A stretch of DNA of 60,711 nucleotides from Asterionella formosa (Eukaryota): the NCBI GenBank assembly GCA_002256025.1, contig NKIB01013278.1, forward strand, positions 1 through 60,711, written 5' to 3'. Below the pieces are notes generated by a model, which was not told where the DNA came from, ran no database searches, and saw only the letters and a list, made by a program, of their open reading frames with translations. Below, piece by piece: positions 36,919 to 50,453 of this stretch (its first letter is position 1; the number at the start of each line of letters is the position of its first letter). The position numbers were made by a program, and so were the translations under genes.

Positions 36919-38347
36919 GATTAAATACTTTTGCGAACGCAATGAATCGACTGATGCAGTGTTCCCATATTTTAGAAGAAAGAACAGGATTGCGGCCGAT
37001 GGCAGCAATTTTGGTGTGGTTTTGTTGGAATGCCTCCCCTATGTACGTAGTATGTACCTGGTACCTGGTGCCGGTAATACGAACAACCGGTATCATCATC
37101 CTGAAGGCAACACAATACACGCCCGAGGTGGTCTCATGCCTGCGAGTGCACATGTATACGAGAAGGCATGTTAAGGTAGGTTGCTACCGAGAATGTATAC
37201 AGTTGAGGCAATTCACAAACTACTACTGTAGCTATCGTCGCGCCATTCGCTGAAGTACTGCCCACTCATTGAGCATAAATGTCAATTTTAGCTTGCTATA
37301 GCCGATCATATAAATGATATTTTCTATATGATTTCCTATCGTCACGTCGAAATTTGCAATGGGTCCCATACTGCCCATCATCAAATTATTTTTTGTATGT
37401 ATAGGTATTTCCTATGTTCGCGTTTTGCCAATACAATTTACGCGAATTTCCCCTCAGTTTTCCAGCCCTGGGATTGCCGAAATTGGCAACCTTCAAATAG
37501 CATCAGAAAATAACTGCTAGCAATAAACTGCAGGAGGAACTTCGGTTTTTTAACCATCCCAAGTGATTTGCCCCGAAATTTCTATTCTTTTTATAGCATA
37601 GTTAAAAAACCGAAGTTTCCTTTCTGCAGTTTCTCGCCAGACCTTATATACCGGCTGGTACTGAGGACGTTACGTAGAGTTGGCCTATACCCCTACGTTG
37701 ATCAATTCCTGTATCTAAGCATATGGAAAGGGTGTATATTGGTGAATGCTCCGGTTAGTGATGTCCATTTTCATTTTGCTCACAAGGTGTCTGTTTGACT
37801 ACTCAGACTTAATTTATTTTATACCCTATATACCTCTAATCTATGTACCGGTAGTAGGGTTGAAATTCATGAACCTTAAGGTTGTATCAAAGTTTAAATA
37901 TCATTTTTGTTTGTTTAAAATGGAACTCTATCAATCTGGTGCCAATTCCTATTAAATTCAAATATTCAAATGGACACTCGAATCATGGGAATTCATAGTA
38001 GGAAACTCACTGTTCTGCGCCGTTTTTACAACCCTAGTGATATTTTCTCCAAACTAGGGTTAAGCCGGGCCGCAACCTTAACCTTAAGGCTTGTAAACGG
38101 GGCTAGTTAATTACTGCTGCACTAGCTTTCTAGTAGGGGTGCGATTTTCCGTCCAAAATATTACATAGCTACCGCAGACGATGTGAAAACAGCACTCCTA
38201 GTACCTGGTGCCAAGGTATCGGCAATTGTCCTTCGTCGGTTTCCCTCCAGATCTCCACCGGTAGCAAGAATGATGAGCAGATGCTTCGAAACGATGAAAG
38301 GAACATACAAGTACATGCATCCAAGACGTAACAATTGATAACTCACC

Positions 38348-40309
38348 ATGATAGACGCGAAAGGCGAAGAAGAGCACCCCATGGTGCCTGTTCCCGACGC
38401 CATTCGCATGGTCCTGCTTGAGACAGCAAGAGTGCTGCTCGAAGGCAGGCGAACTCCCGAAGAACGTATCAGCGTCGACACTCCGTGGCAAGATCTACTA
38501 GGAAAGACGATAGCAACCGATGTTCGTATGGAAGCGCCTGGATATCCGCCTTATAATGCAAGCGTCATGGATGGATACGCCATTCGGACAATGGATTATC
38601 CAACGGCGAATGAGGAAGGCATCACGATCCTTGCTGTGGTGGGGAAGGTATATGCAGGTGATGGAACGAATAACTTTCCAGTCAAGTCAGTTGATGGTTT
38701 ACCAGCAGCATTATATGTAACGACAGGAGCGATCATCCCCACTGGATTTGATTGTGTCGTGCCCGTTGAGGATATAAACAGATGTAGCGACGACGACAAA
38801 ATTGAAGTTTTACCCTATGCTACTATTCAAGAAGGTGCATGGATCCGAAAAATTGGATGTGATATCCAGGAAGGTACTGTCGTGTTACCAGATGGATACG
38901 TACTTGATCCTGTCGGATTGGGCTTGATGAAACAAGCAGGGGTAGATCATGTTCACATAAAGAAACCAGTTCAAGTCGGAATCTTGTCGACCGGAAATGA
39001 ATTGATTCGAAAGAATGAAGAACGAAACCAAACTGGTCGAATCCCTGATGTTAACGGACCGGTTCTTTTATCGCTCTTATCAACCTTTGGAACGTGCAAC
39101 CCAATTGACCTCGGAATTGGACGCGACGACGATATAGAATTGCTCACGAAGAAAATTGTAGATTCGTTGGAGACTTGTGAGATTATCATTACGACGGGTG
39201 GTATATCGATGGGCGAATGCGACATCGTAGAAGAAATTCTGGTGAAGCGACTGGGTGGAACGCTTCATTTTGGCCGCATGCATATGAAACCAGGAAAGCC
39301 TACAACTTTTGTGACACTATTTTATCATGGATCTACCAAATTAATATTTGCCATGCCCGGCAATCCAGTCAGTGCCATTGTATGCACGGAAATATTAGTT
39401 TATCCCTGCTTGGAGTTACTCTTCCATGGTGCTGAGAATTATGCTGATACTCACAGTGAGATTTTGGATGACAGGTTGCATCGAATTGTATCAAATGCCT
39501 GGGTACATCCTGAGATTAACGCAACAATTGTTCATGCAACAAAACTTGACAAGGAACGACCAGAATACCACAGAGTCACTCTTCGACAATTGAATAAAGG
39601 CGTGTATGAGGCAACATCCACTGGAGTGCAGCAGTCGTCAAGACTCATGAGCCTTCGAGGCGCGCAGGGATTGCTACTCTTGCCACAAGGCACGCCAGGT
39701 GGAAAGATGACGTCATATGCTGGCGAGCAGTATCCTGTTTTGATGCTTCACAGCAAAACAAGCAATAAAGTACAAGTGCGCGATTCTGTTCATCTAAACA
39801 ACTTCAAGAAATCACTCCGAATTGCTGTTGTTTACGCCGTATCGCCTACCAGCAAGGACATGGACTCTCTTGAACATGTCGCATTTCGAGTTCAAACTGC
39901 ACTTTGCAGTTCAATAAGTGGACAGGTTATGATTGTTTCATCCAGTTTCTTTGCAACCGAGCCAGATAAGTTGCTCCCATTTTGTTGCAGTCTAAATATC
40001 AACAGTGATGTCATTTGTGTAGTCTGCCAGGATTACAAGGGGAGCTTCCGTCGACACTTGGACATTTGTTCCAATCTTCGACAAGGCCTTAGCAAGATAG
40101 CAGATGCAATGGCTTTGCAGGCTCGGCAAGGTGCCGTATCTGACAATGCATCGGCAGCAATACTGGAAACGATTGTAGGATTTGTCCCAGAGCATGGTGC
40201 CATGTTGATTTGTGTATCAGAACGAGGAATGGATGGGGCACTCCAAAATGTACATGGTTTACTGAAGCATGCATTGAAAGTTGACCAAGGAATAGCGCAA
40301 CAGAGCTGA
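38348..40309 (+). CDS. Molybdenum insertase, Cnx1/gephyrin-like (MoeA E domain plus degenerate C-terminal G-like domain)
   Basis: PPYNASVMDGYA, VTTGA, LSTGNEL, ITTGGISMGE, MKPGKPT, MPGNPVSA, RPEYHRV and QQSSRLMS. The C-terminus ends ..GLLKHAL. Confidence 0.92.
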   Translation: MIDAKGEEEHPMVPVPDAIRMVLLETARVLLEGRRTPEERISVDTPWQDLLGKTIATDVRMEAPGYPPYNASVMDGYAIRTMDYPTANEEGITILAVVGKVYAGDGTNNFPVKSVDGLPAALYVTTGAIIPTGFDCVVPVEDINRCSDDDKIEVLPYATIQEGAWIRKIGCDIQEGTVVLPDGYVLDPVGLGLMKQAGVDHVHIKKPVQVGILSTGNELIRKNEERNQTGRIPDVNGPVLLSLLSTFGTCNPIDLGIGRDDDIELLTKKIVDSLETCEIIITTGGISMGECDIVEEILVKRLGGTLHFGRMHMKPGKPTTFVTLFYHGSTKLIFAMPGNPVSAIVCTEILVYPCLELLFHGAENYADTHSEILDDRLHRIVSNAWVHPEINATIVHATKLDKERPEYHRVTLRQLNKGVYEATSTGVQQSSRLMSLRGAQGLLLLPQGTPGGKMTSYAGEQYPVLMLHSKTSNKVQVRDSVHLNNFKKSLRIAVVYAVSPTSKDMDSLEHVAFRVQTALCSSISGQVMIVSSSFFATEPDKLLPFCCSLNINSDVICVVCQDYKGSFRRHLDICSNLRQGLSKIADAMALQARQGAVSDNASAAILETIVGFVPEHGAMLICVSERGMDGALQNVHGLLKHALKVDQGIAQQS

Positions 40310-42303
40310 TTACAAAGCTGGCTAATCAAGATGAGAAGAGTTCACCACTTGCAATTGCAATATTCAGCTATGTGGGCTTGTTGTTCTTGACTGTATCCTG
40401 TGGTGACTGGCTGCTCCTCTTGTTAACCCTTACAACTAGAAATGGTTAGAAGTATAACTTCAGGCAGATAAGAAGGTATATCAATACGAGAATAAAAGAT
40501 TATAAGTCCTTGTTGTCTGGGGATTGTGGCTGGAGTGGATCAAGGCATGAGTCACAAGAGCACATTGTTGTACCATTGTTGGTCCCAGAAAGTTATGGAA
40601 ACTGTACTTACATATATGATGAGTGAGCAGAATTGGGCTGTGATCACATAAAACTCCTCCTGTAGCATTGCATATTGATCAATCCTGTTGCATAAAAGCT
40701 ACATAGGAAAGGAACATTCTGTTATAAATCCAAAGGTTCAATGTACATATATGTATCGGTCATACATATTGCCACCATACTGTGCCTGTTCGCCATTGAA
40801 AGGCTACCTGGTACCAGTATACCAGAGGTACATTGTAATATTGTTCTGCTGAAGGTAAGGCATGACTGCTGGTGGAGACTGCCTGTGAGTATTCTTGTGT
40901 TCAAGGCTTGGGAGGTATGAGTAGCTTGACCAAATGAGTGGTCCCCTGGTGCTGTGAGACAGTCTTCCTGTGAGGGCCTCCCAAGTTGATTACAAAAAAT
41001 TACAAACAGGCAGACTCCTCCCAAGTAGGGTCTTAACTAGGCAATTCACAACCTAGCTATTGGTGTGCTTTTTGCCACTACATTGCCCTTTCAGTTAACA
41101 TTGAAAACCTAATTTATATAGTTGGTATGTTGGATGCAAACTTACCAATTGCCCATCATATAAAACATTTGTTACATATTTCATATGTACAGTTTTTGAA
41201 TTACTCAATCCGTCAATTGCACATGAGATCAGGCATATTTGCGTATTTCATATGCACATTTTTGGACTGTCAAACTACCTTCAACATATTCAATAACCCC
41301 TAGATATGCCTTTCAAAATAGACTCTTTTTATTAAAAAGGAAATGGCTTACTGATATCTACAGCCCCTCAATGGACTGAAGTTAACTGAAGGAAAATGAA
41401 CTGCCAAAATTGGAAGAGAGTAGGGGATGTATCACATGAAGGCATGCAATGATGGTAAAGTGTTGACAGCAATTCCACTATTTACATCCCTGCTGCCTTC
41501 CAGCATGTTCAGACTCATACAAACTGTGTTTATTTCGACAACGCAAGAAAAAAGTTTAAGCTCACAATTTTTAATGAGCATGCATTGACAATTTTTCACA
41601 TGAATTTTCCACTAGTAACCCATTTTCTTTTTCACTGTTTACACTTCTCCCTGTTGTTCATTCTCACATCTCACCTTTGTCTCAGTTTCACACTTTGGTT
41701 GCTTAGAAACATCATGTCGAATTTTTCGACGTTTGTTACAATCATTCTCACATCCAACATGTTGTGCTTCCAACTAGATGTGACTTAAAGAAGGGCAATT
41801 AATGTTGGCGGTAAAATGCAAATTCTAACTTCTTTGCATTATTTAATAAATTAATTTCGTTTCATCACTGCAATCAAGAGAAAGGAAATGAGGGGTTGAT
41901 CGAAAACCATTTCTTTCATTTGTCAGCCAATCTTGGCCACATTTTAGACTAAAGCTAATGCATATACAGCGAGCATCAGTCTGAAATGTGACCAGGACTG
42001 GCTGGGAGATGAAGGAATTCAAAATCGCGAAATAACAACAATACTATTAGATCTGGTATGTTTTGACGTAGAAACAGCGTGCAGAAGTAGTTTCCTTGTT
42101 TCTTTGTTTTTATGAATACACTATTACGATACATATACCGGTATGGATACAACGTACACACTGACGCGGTATTCAAACATGAATTTCCGGTACACCAGCA
42201 TACTCAAAGCATCAACTGCAAACTGCATGAGTGGCAATATTATTATCACAGGTCGAAGGAACACAATACATCCTGTAATTGCACGCCCAGTAAACGATTG
42301 ACC

Positions 42304-45266
42304 ATGGCTTTTCCCAGTCTCGAGATCGAAGAGAGCGAAAGCCTCGTCTCGTCCTCCACCGTTGGTACAGGAGGGAAAAATTCTGCTCCAGCTTCTGGCG
42401 TGATGGGTGCTATCGTGTTGGTAGTATGCGAACCAAAGAATCGCAAACGACTCATAACAATTGGATTTTTTATGGCTATGCTGCTGCTCATTGCGTCAGC
42501 AAACATGGGATCCTCAACGGTAATTTCAGTGGCGAATGATGACACCATAGAACTGACCTTCGTTGATCCAGCCGAGACGGCACTAGGGACATCGCTTCCC
42601 GTCGCTGCTGTGGATCAAAAGGGAGAGATAACTGTGACAGACAAGAAAGATTCTGGAGAAGGAGATGATATAACAATCATAGAAGCGCCGAAGGAACAAG
42701 TGAATTCCAAAGTGACGGAGGCACCAAAAGAAGAAATCAAAATAGTAGAAGCGCCCAAGAAAATACCCAAGAAGCCTTCGAAAATTCCACTGTTAGAACC
42801 GGACATTCAAACTGGTAGAGCCGATGAAAAGACGCGTGGCGAGCAGATTGACAAGTGGGGATCCTGGCACTTTTGGGATGGTGAAGCCAGTAGACGACCA
42901 AAGGATGATTTTGGTGCTAAATACCCCAATCGTGACGTTCCTGGCGATAAGTTTCCAGATACCGCTTGGCAAGTTGATGCCGTGTATGTAAATCATTTCA
43001 TCAATGACGGAGAAAAAATCATCCAGAGGGCAATGGAGGCAATCTTTACCGAATATGGTAAGGGCAAACCCCTTCCTCCTGAGAAAATGGCAGAGCGCTA
43101 TCACATGTTTCATTGGGAAATGTTGGATTTTACAAAATCACAGGATCCTCCTCCGGAATTTACGAAAAAGGGATCTAGAGATATTGGAGGTTGGACCACG
43201 AAGAGATCGTTTGATGGTCTTGTCAGACGTCTTCTTCATGCCATGCTGACGCAAGATACATTTACAGTTGTTTTGGCTGGCCATTCTGCTGCGCAAGGAC
43301 AGGGGTACGTAGTGGACAAGGAAGTTTCTTCGTTGTTCTTCTTTAGTGACTTGATCTTATTTTTTTCAATTCATGTGCAGAAATCACTTTCGACAGAGTT
43401 ATATAATGCAGTTTCACAGAATCATGAAGCCCATTTTTGAGCGTCTAGGCGTAAAACTGATTACACGCAACATATCCTTTGGTGGGTTGGGAACTATTCA
43501 TTCGTCCATGGGATTAAGAGACATTTTGGGAAAAGAGATTGATTTGATGTTGTGGGATAGTGGAATGACAGAAAATGCGAATCAGCATCACATTGATCTG
43601 TTTATGCGTCAAGCACTCATGGCCGGGAATCGTGTCCCGGTCCTTTGGGCCAGCGGTCCTTTTGATCTCTTGAAAATGCTCCACGAAAATGTAGATGCTG
43701 ATGTTGGTGAATTTGGCAATGGATTATCCGGTATTGAGCCTGTACGTGACGAGGAACATGCCATAGGTCTTCCCTGGGCGGCTAGATATATTAAGTGCGC
43801 TGATGAACGTAGCGATCTTTGTGCGAACGATAGATTCCGCTCAACTTGTTGGATTGATAGAGCTGATGGTATCAAGCCAGAGAGGACACAAAGAAAGAAG
43901 TTGGAGGGGCAAGTTAAGTGGCACCCGGGATGGCGTGTTCACCAATTGCAGGGTCGTGTATTGGCCTTCGCCGTTTTAGAAGGCTTGGAAGCGGCCCTCA
44001 ACCGGTGGATGGAAGGAACAATGAGTAAGTCTTGATTGCGTTAAGTGTCATTTATGAATTGAGTGCCAGCTCATGTTTATGGCCAATGATTCGCTTCAGC
44101 TGGACAGCCCCTTGATGATAATTATTGGCATGTTACTCAATACTACCAGAACATTCGGAACAAGGTGAAGGACCTAGACCCTTCGATCGGAAATTGTTAT
44201 GAAATCAATGGAACTCTTCCCATTCGCTTGTGTAATACTCCCATGAATGTAAGTTGTTTTTGCTTTACAACATTTTACTCTGTTTTTGTGGGCTCTCACA
44301 ATTTTTGCTGGTACGAAGGGTCGGACTCAATACACGCCAAGAGCTGATTACGATAAATCCAGTCTAACTAACATTATCAAGCCGGCCGATAATGGTTACT
44401 TGCCAATGAATACTCTGAAGCCTCTGTATGAAGGACCAGACGAGCACAATCCAAATTTTGATATTCCCGTGGGTGAGATTGATGTGGCCAGTATTGTGTC
44501 AAATCGTAGAAGGCTCGAGTCGACACTTCCTGGTGTCATTGGAAGTGCACGTGCTATCACAGTCAATACAGATCTGAAGTTTCTGGAATCCACGAGTAAA
44601 TTCAACCCGAGGAGGCGAGTCGACGAGGTGATCTCCCCAGGAAAGGGTTGGGAAGTCATTGATGAACCCCAAGGTCTCTGTGATGGCACCTATGAAGGGC
44701 AATGTGGACATTCCGGCAACAATGACTGTTTTTTGAGTGGACACCACTGTGCTAGAGGAGCTGTCATTGGTAATGAATGGTCTGGTTGGTTAGTATTGAC
44801 CTTGAAAGACCTAAAATTTGGAATCATTGTGGTAAAGCTTCACACCTGGCACAACCCTGACGAGCAATTGACAACAGCAGGTTGGACATCTGTTAACGGC
44901 GAACGTCGGCGGCTTGGGAGCCCGAATGAGATGCCGACGCAACCTGAAAGGGGAATTTCTGACGCCTCCCTCGAAACGGACAACATCGAATGTGATATGG
45001 GGAGAAGTCTAAAGATGAGAAGTTACGACACTCCGGCACTCCCTGATACGTTCATGTTTGACTTCGCCATTAACGGCAAGATTACATCGCTGAATGGTGT
45101 TGAGTTTTTGGCCCAAAAACATGATGTCGCTCGTGTTGTCGAAACGTTGACACTGTTGGATGATCCTAATTTTACAAAAGACCCAGAAGATGTTGAAGTC
45201 GCATTTCGACTTCGTGGTTCCGGAAGGCAGCTTGTCTTCGGGATTTCTCACATTTATTGGGCCTAG
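42304..45266 (+). CDS. Type II membrane protein with SGNH/GDSL-like domain (4 exons)
   Basis: Exons 42304-43304, 43381-44024, 44100-44248 and 44319-45266 join in frame. N-terminal TM helix; VVLAGHSAAQG, WDSGMTE and WHPG..VH resemble SGNH blocks (domain call is tentative). Confidence 0.8.
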
Positions 45267-45827
45267 AATATATATTTTAAAGAATTCTGCTGGCGCTATA
45301 CTCACAGGGAGCACTGTAGTAGGCAGCTGCTTCAATACAACTACCAGTGGCTTGCCTTTCAAAGCCATAGGCTTTATGAATGTTTCTTTTTGTCTGTATA
45401 AATCGACTCTATTGAGCACAATGACTTCATGATCTCTTTTAGTTAAGATGTTGAACTCCATTTCAGGACAATCTAGTTACCCCAACCATCATCGACGGGT
45501 TGATCAATGTCAATACCTCTATTATACTTACATCATGCACATCATGGTTAGGAAAATATTACTTTGAGCCCACTATTGGTCTCTGTAGTACCAGTACTAC
45601 CTGGTACCAGGTACCATCAGTTATTGCAAGATATAATATTACGCAAGCAGAAAAAGGATACTTACTGTGTGTGCACCAATCACCTCGCTCAGTTTTGATA
45701 AATTAACTCTATGCCGGTAGACTGCCGCAACCGGTATTTCACTCCAAAAGCTTACCACGACAACCAGATCATGAGGATAGCTAACGCTATCATTTGTCAT
45801 CCATTTCAGCTAGGAAGTGAAAATTTC

Positions 45828-46568
45828 ATGTTGAAACCGAGACCAAATACGTTGATTCTGATTTGCGGTATTCTTTTCTTGCTAGGCCAGCATGCTTCAT
45901 CCTTCACCATCAAGACTCAACAAATCGCTTTCTCAAACCGGTATTACGCATTGAAGATGTCAGATCCAGAAAGAGAAGAATCGAACGGAATTCCGCGCAA
46001 AGAACCTGAAAACGAGGAATCTCGAGATTTACTGCGCCGGTTTACAGCTCCGGTGATTGACGATGCTGGGCTCCCCATTACGGATGCGCTCATGGCGCAA
46101 ATAGTCGCTCCTTCCCTGCAAGTATTTTGGATTACCTTGGCGCATTCACCTTCTCCGACTTGGTTGCATTCAGTGTTTCAATCGAAAATTTGGGCGGCAC
46201 AGGGTTCTCTACTTGTGCCCACTTTGATGCATGGTGCTGGATTGGCATGTTGCTGGATCACTGGAGCCCTAGCAGCTGAAGCCTATAAAAGAAAAGCTAT
46301 AGATCCAACTGTGGAAGGATATGGCACGGTAATTTTAACTCTTTTGAAAGCAGGCGCCTTTGCTTCCGGCCTTCTGATCTTGGCCACACAGCTTGACCTG
46401 TTAATTGAATTTGGACGTTGGGTTCAGCCAGGCGAGTCGGCACAAATCGACTTGAGACTATTGTCTGCGATTATCGAGATTCTGAATGATATTGTATTTG
46501 AAGCCGTAACTATTACGATCATGCGTTTGTCTTTGGCGGTCGTTACTGTTCAACGAAGCAAATCATGA
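45828..46568 (+). CDS. Putative plastid membrane protein of unknown function
   Basis: Signal peptide ending HASS-F from ATG 45828; about four hydrophobic segments. Confidence 0.75.
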   Translation: MLKPRPNTLILICGILFLLGQHASSFTIKTQQIAFSNRYYALKMSDPEREESNGIPRKEPENEESRDLLRRFTAPVIDDAGLPITDALMAQIVAPSLQVFWITLAHSPSPTWLHSVFQSKIWAAQGSLLVPTLMHGAGLACCWITGALAAEAYKRKAIDPTVEGYGTVILTLLKAGAFASGLLILATQLDLLIEFGRWVQPGESAQIDLRLLSAIIEILNDIVFEAVTITIMRLSLAVVTVQRSKS

Positions 46569-46675
46569 CAATTTCAAGCAAGGGGAAATAAAGCACCATC
46601 GTTAAACGTTTCCAAACTACCGGTAACGACAGCAATAAAGACCATAACCTTATACAATCGAATAAATTTTCATTT

Positions 46676-49600
46676 CTAGTCGCGAAGGTCTTCAAAACTT
46701 TCGTCGTCAGACAAAATATCCAATGCCTTAGCCTTGACGCGATCGCCTGAATTGGTCCCGCTTGTTGCACCTCGATAGCCTTGGTATTCTAATAACTTCT
46801 CATGCAGCGTAGTGATCATAAACACCTGCTTTTCTTGGATCTGCTCAAGTTCATGCAAGTAGTCATCAATTGCATTTCTGTCACTGTCGGCATTATTCAC
46901 CAAAACCATTTCATTCTGAGAAAGAGGAGAATGGGTGAGCAAACTGCTTCAGAGTTTCAGACATTTATAAAATGTTGTATCATCAGAGTTACCTTCACCA
47001 TTCCAAGCATGTTGGTCATTACTGCCCGATGCGTGTCAATGAGCGCTTCCGCGGCGCTCGTATCTTTGCTTGTTGCCTTTGCGGGAGGAGACGCCAACGA
47101 TTCCGTCAGCAACTCATCTAAAAGATCATTTGCTCCATCATCGCTCAAACCCCCACTCCTATCATCAGAGGTGAAGTGATATTCGCCTTGTTCACAAAGC
47201 TCCTCGTCCTCAAAATCTTCCAGTGTCAAATTGTCTTCGTCGATCTCTGGCTTCGATTCCCGGGCTTTCTGGGGGCCTTTTTCCATCAAGTCATTTGATA
47301 TCAGTGAGGGCCGCGAAGTACGTTTTAATTGTTGCCCTTTCCCACCGGCGACACTTGTCGGCAGCGCCCCAGTATCACAGTTGCGACCCTTCACTCTGTC
47401 GGCATATCGAAGTGTGTTCAACGTGTGTTCACAATTACTCATATTCGGAGCAATGCAAGCGACCATGACACTCCTCGAGTTCTTCCCCGTGAAAGATTCC
47501 TTTAGCACCTGTGTTAGTTTGCTCCCGCGAAAGGGAATATGTGCCATTGAATCACCAGTAGCCAATGCTCTGATTACTTCCTTTAAGGCAAGAAGGCTGG
47601 TATTGATTTCGGCTCCTTCAAGACGAGTTGCGCGACTTGCTTTAGCAGTGTCAGCACCGCGTTCAGACCCAGCCAAGTCAATGAAAGTTAACCGACCATG
47701 CTCTATATTTGGCCTCTTCCCAACTGTCTTCCTCAGACTAAGCTGTAAGACTGCGTGAGATCGACTACTATCCGCATTCTTTGACGTTGTACCAGTAGAC
47801 CGATTCTTTGCCCCTTGCTCAATCACTTTCATCAATTCATTTGCACTTCTTACGGGATGCTCGCTGAGTCCCGGAAAGCAAACCTTTCCTCTCGAATCCT
47901 CTAAGCATTTGATCTGCGTTCTACCATTGATCAAATCGAAAAGCTTTCCTCCATAAATTTCAAATAAGGACACCCCCACCGAAAGAAAACTATTTTCAGG
48001 CTTGTTCGCTAAATCAAAAACGTCAAGGGCAGCCATATAGTAAAGTCCGAGGTTGTCTTCATCCACGATTGTCGTCCCCGCGTTGATTCCAGTTACGTTG
48101 CAGCCCATCATTGTGAACGTCTTCCTGTGTGTATGGTGAGTACAAGTAATACCATACATGACACGAATTGCAAATGCATATTGCGCTCCTATATGAAAAA
48201 TCCATCATGCATACTTACCCAGAACCCGTTTGGCCATATGCGAAACAAGACGCCCAACGTCCCTCAAAGACGCCAGGAATCAGGTTTTTCACCGCTCGAT
48301 TGTATATCTCCGTATTTGTAGACGTCTCTCCAAAGACATTGTCAAACGCAAATGGAAAGGTATCGACCTGCTTTGTCAAGTCCACGCGAGTTTTTGGTTG
48401 ATAAACGAGCACCCTTCCATATCCATGATAATCAAGGGGCTGAATTATGTCCACATCAGGGGACTCCGAAGAGGACTTTGGTCGCTTCCTTATCAAAACT
48501 CGAATGCGCATTTCTTCATCATCCCAACCATCGTCAAGAGCGTCAGTGTAGAATAGCTCATGCTCGGATTGATTATCTTCCCTCAACCGCGCCACTTGCG
48601 TGCCCCACGAAGTGTCTTCTGCGGTTCCATGCACAAACATGGGTCCATTGTCACCAGCCTTTCCTCCAAAGGGAAGACTTTTTCTTGTAGATTCATTGCT
48701 GTCGGCGACAAAATGCCCAGAAACATCGCGTGATGAATTTAAAGGCTTTCCTCCTAGTGACGTTCTAGTTGTAGCGCTCTTAACACCAACCGAGCCAGTA
48801 CTGAGCCGTGCAGGTTTCGAAGTCCCGATGCTCTGTCTTCCAATACGCCGGTGTCCCGACTGACGGTCTGTGTCACTCCCTGACGTTGAGCTATCTCTGG
48901 GCCGACGTCGACGGTCGCTTTCAGTGTCCGAACTCGCTCCCCCATAAGAGAGACGTTTACTTGTCCCGCTAACCGAAATAGAGCTGGTCTTTTTCTTTTG
49001 GTCTACCTTTTGCTGAGAAGTAATGTCAGCATCAAGTTTTGAGAATGGCAGCTCAACCAGTGGTGACATGGGGGCAATGTTTCCTGAAGGGATGGATGAC
49101 AGGGCTTTTCCGGTTCGTGTGTTTGGGTTTTGCAATTTTGATTCGAATCGTCGTCGGGGAGCCGGAACATCGACCTTGTTTGTTGAATGGGCACTGATTC
49201 CAGAACTGCTAATACTTGCTTCGTCGTCGGCGTCGCTCAGGGACAAGTTTCGACGCGGTCGTCCCGCAGCCAACCTCTTTGTAGTTTGCGACTCCACTGG
49301 CAATTTTCCAGGCACCACGTTGGAACGCCGTACAGGAATTCTTCGAGTCGGATCTCCTTTCTTAGTATCCCTCAAGTCGGTCTGAATCGATTCCGTGTCT
49401 GCCATTGATCCTTCTGCGTCTTGTCTCAGTCGCTGGTCTTGCGAGCGTCGACTTCCCCTGCGCCACCCTCCGCGCAAGGACGCTTCGTCATCAGCGATGA
49501 CGCTACTGTCACCATCCTCTTCCCATTCACTATCCACATCGTCGTACTTTTCAAAGCTTTCAACATCAATATCTCGGTCGTCATTTTTTTCTATTCCGTT

Positions 49601-50083
49601 CGCATTATGGGCCAATTTTACGGATGATTTCTTCTGGGAAGGTGGTCTCCCGGTTGCTTCTGGGGGCGGAGCAGTTGATCGCCCCAGTCGGATCTTGTCA
49701 TTTTCCTTCGCCATTTCAATCGATCGAGCATGCGATTTCTTTATTGGATGTCTATCATGTCCAGTCTCTCGTCTCTCCTTTGGCTGCCCTTTGATCGAAT
49801 CGTCGGCGGACGAAGTGCCCTTGGCACCCAAAGTCTTGGACAAGACTGCATCAACCTGTTGTTGCGATTCTTCGCCGTCGCCTTCAGCTTCGACAGACAT
49901 CTTTATTCTTTGAATGAGGTAAAACAGTTTGCGCCGTTCGTTTGGTTCCTTGACACCGAGCGCCTCGAAATGAGTCACCTCCAATTCTGCCAAGGCGGCA
50001 GGCGTCACGATGCCGGCCGCCTTGAAATTCTCAACAGCATGATCCAGGCCAATGCCGCTCAACCATGTTGTAACGAGGCCCAT
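46676..50083 (-). CDS. Kinesin-13 (KIF2/KIF24-like) with N-terminal SAM-like domain (3 exons)
   Basis: Exons 50083-48219, 48124-46993 and 46915-46676; splicing restores the P-loop GQTGSGKT. Also KTRVDLTK loop, NADSSRSHA, FIDLAGSERGAD, HIPFRGSKLT and TLNTLRYA. Confidence 0.93.
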
Positions 50084-50453
50084 GCGGTAGTTTCTATTGA
50101 TTTGTAGAGGAACGGCGCGCGGACGGAGGTAGAATAGTGGCACCGAACTCTTACAACGACGGCCTCTGGTCTCATTGCCGTTGCTGTTTTGTTTTTGCAG
50201 TACTATGCAGCAAATTCGTTGCTTCTACATTTTGTTGTTTACCACATTTCAAACCAAGAAATGGTTTGCAGCTATATCAGTTCCAAACAAAAGGCTCAGC
50301 ATGATATGCATCATGTGCGCCTGTGTCGCACATGGAAGTTTGATGCATTACCGGTACTCTTACTAGCAGATGATGGTGGTTTCCTTGCTAACATTTTTAT
50401 ATGTACATGAATAATATGTATGTTATGCCGGTATATTATGCCGGTCATAAATC

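Noticed and set aside
40600..40700. Minus-strand RID...DHSPIL, like a LINE endonuclease motif
   Set aside because: It needs a frameshift, the spacing is too short and no other LINE motifs are nearby.
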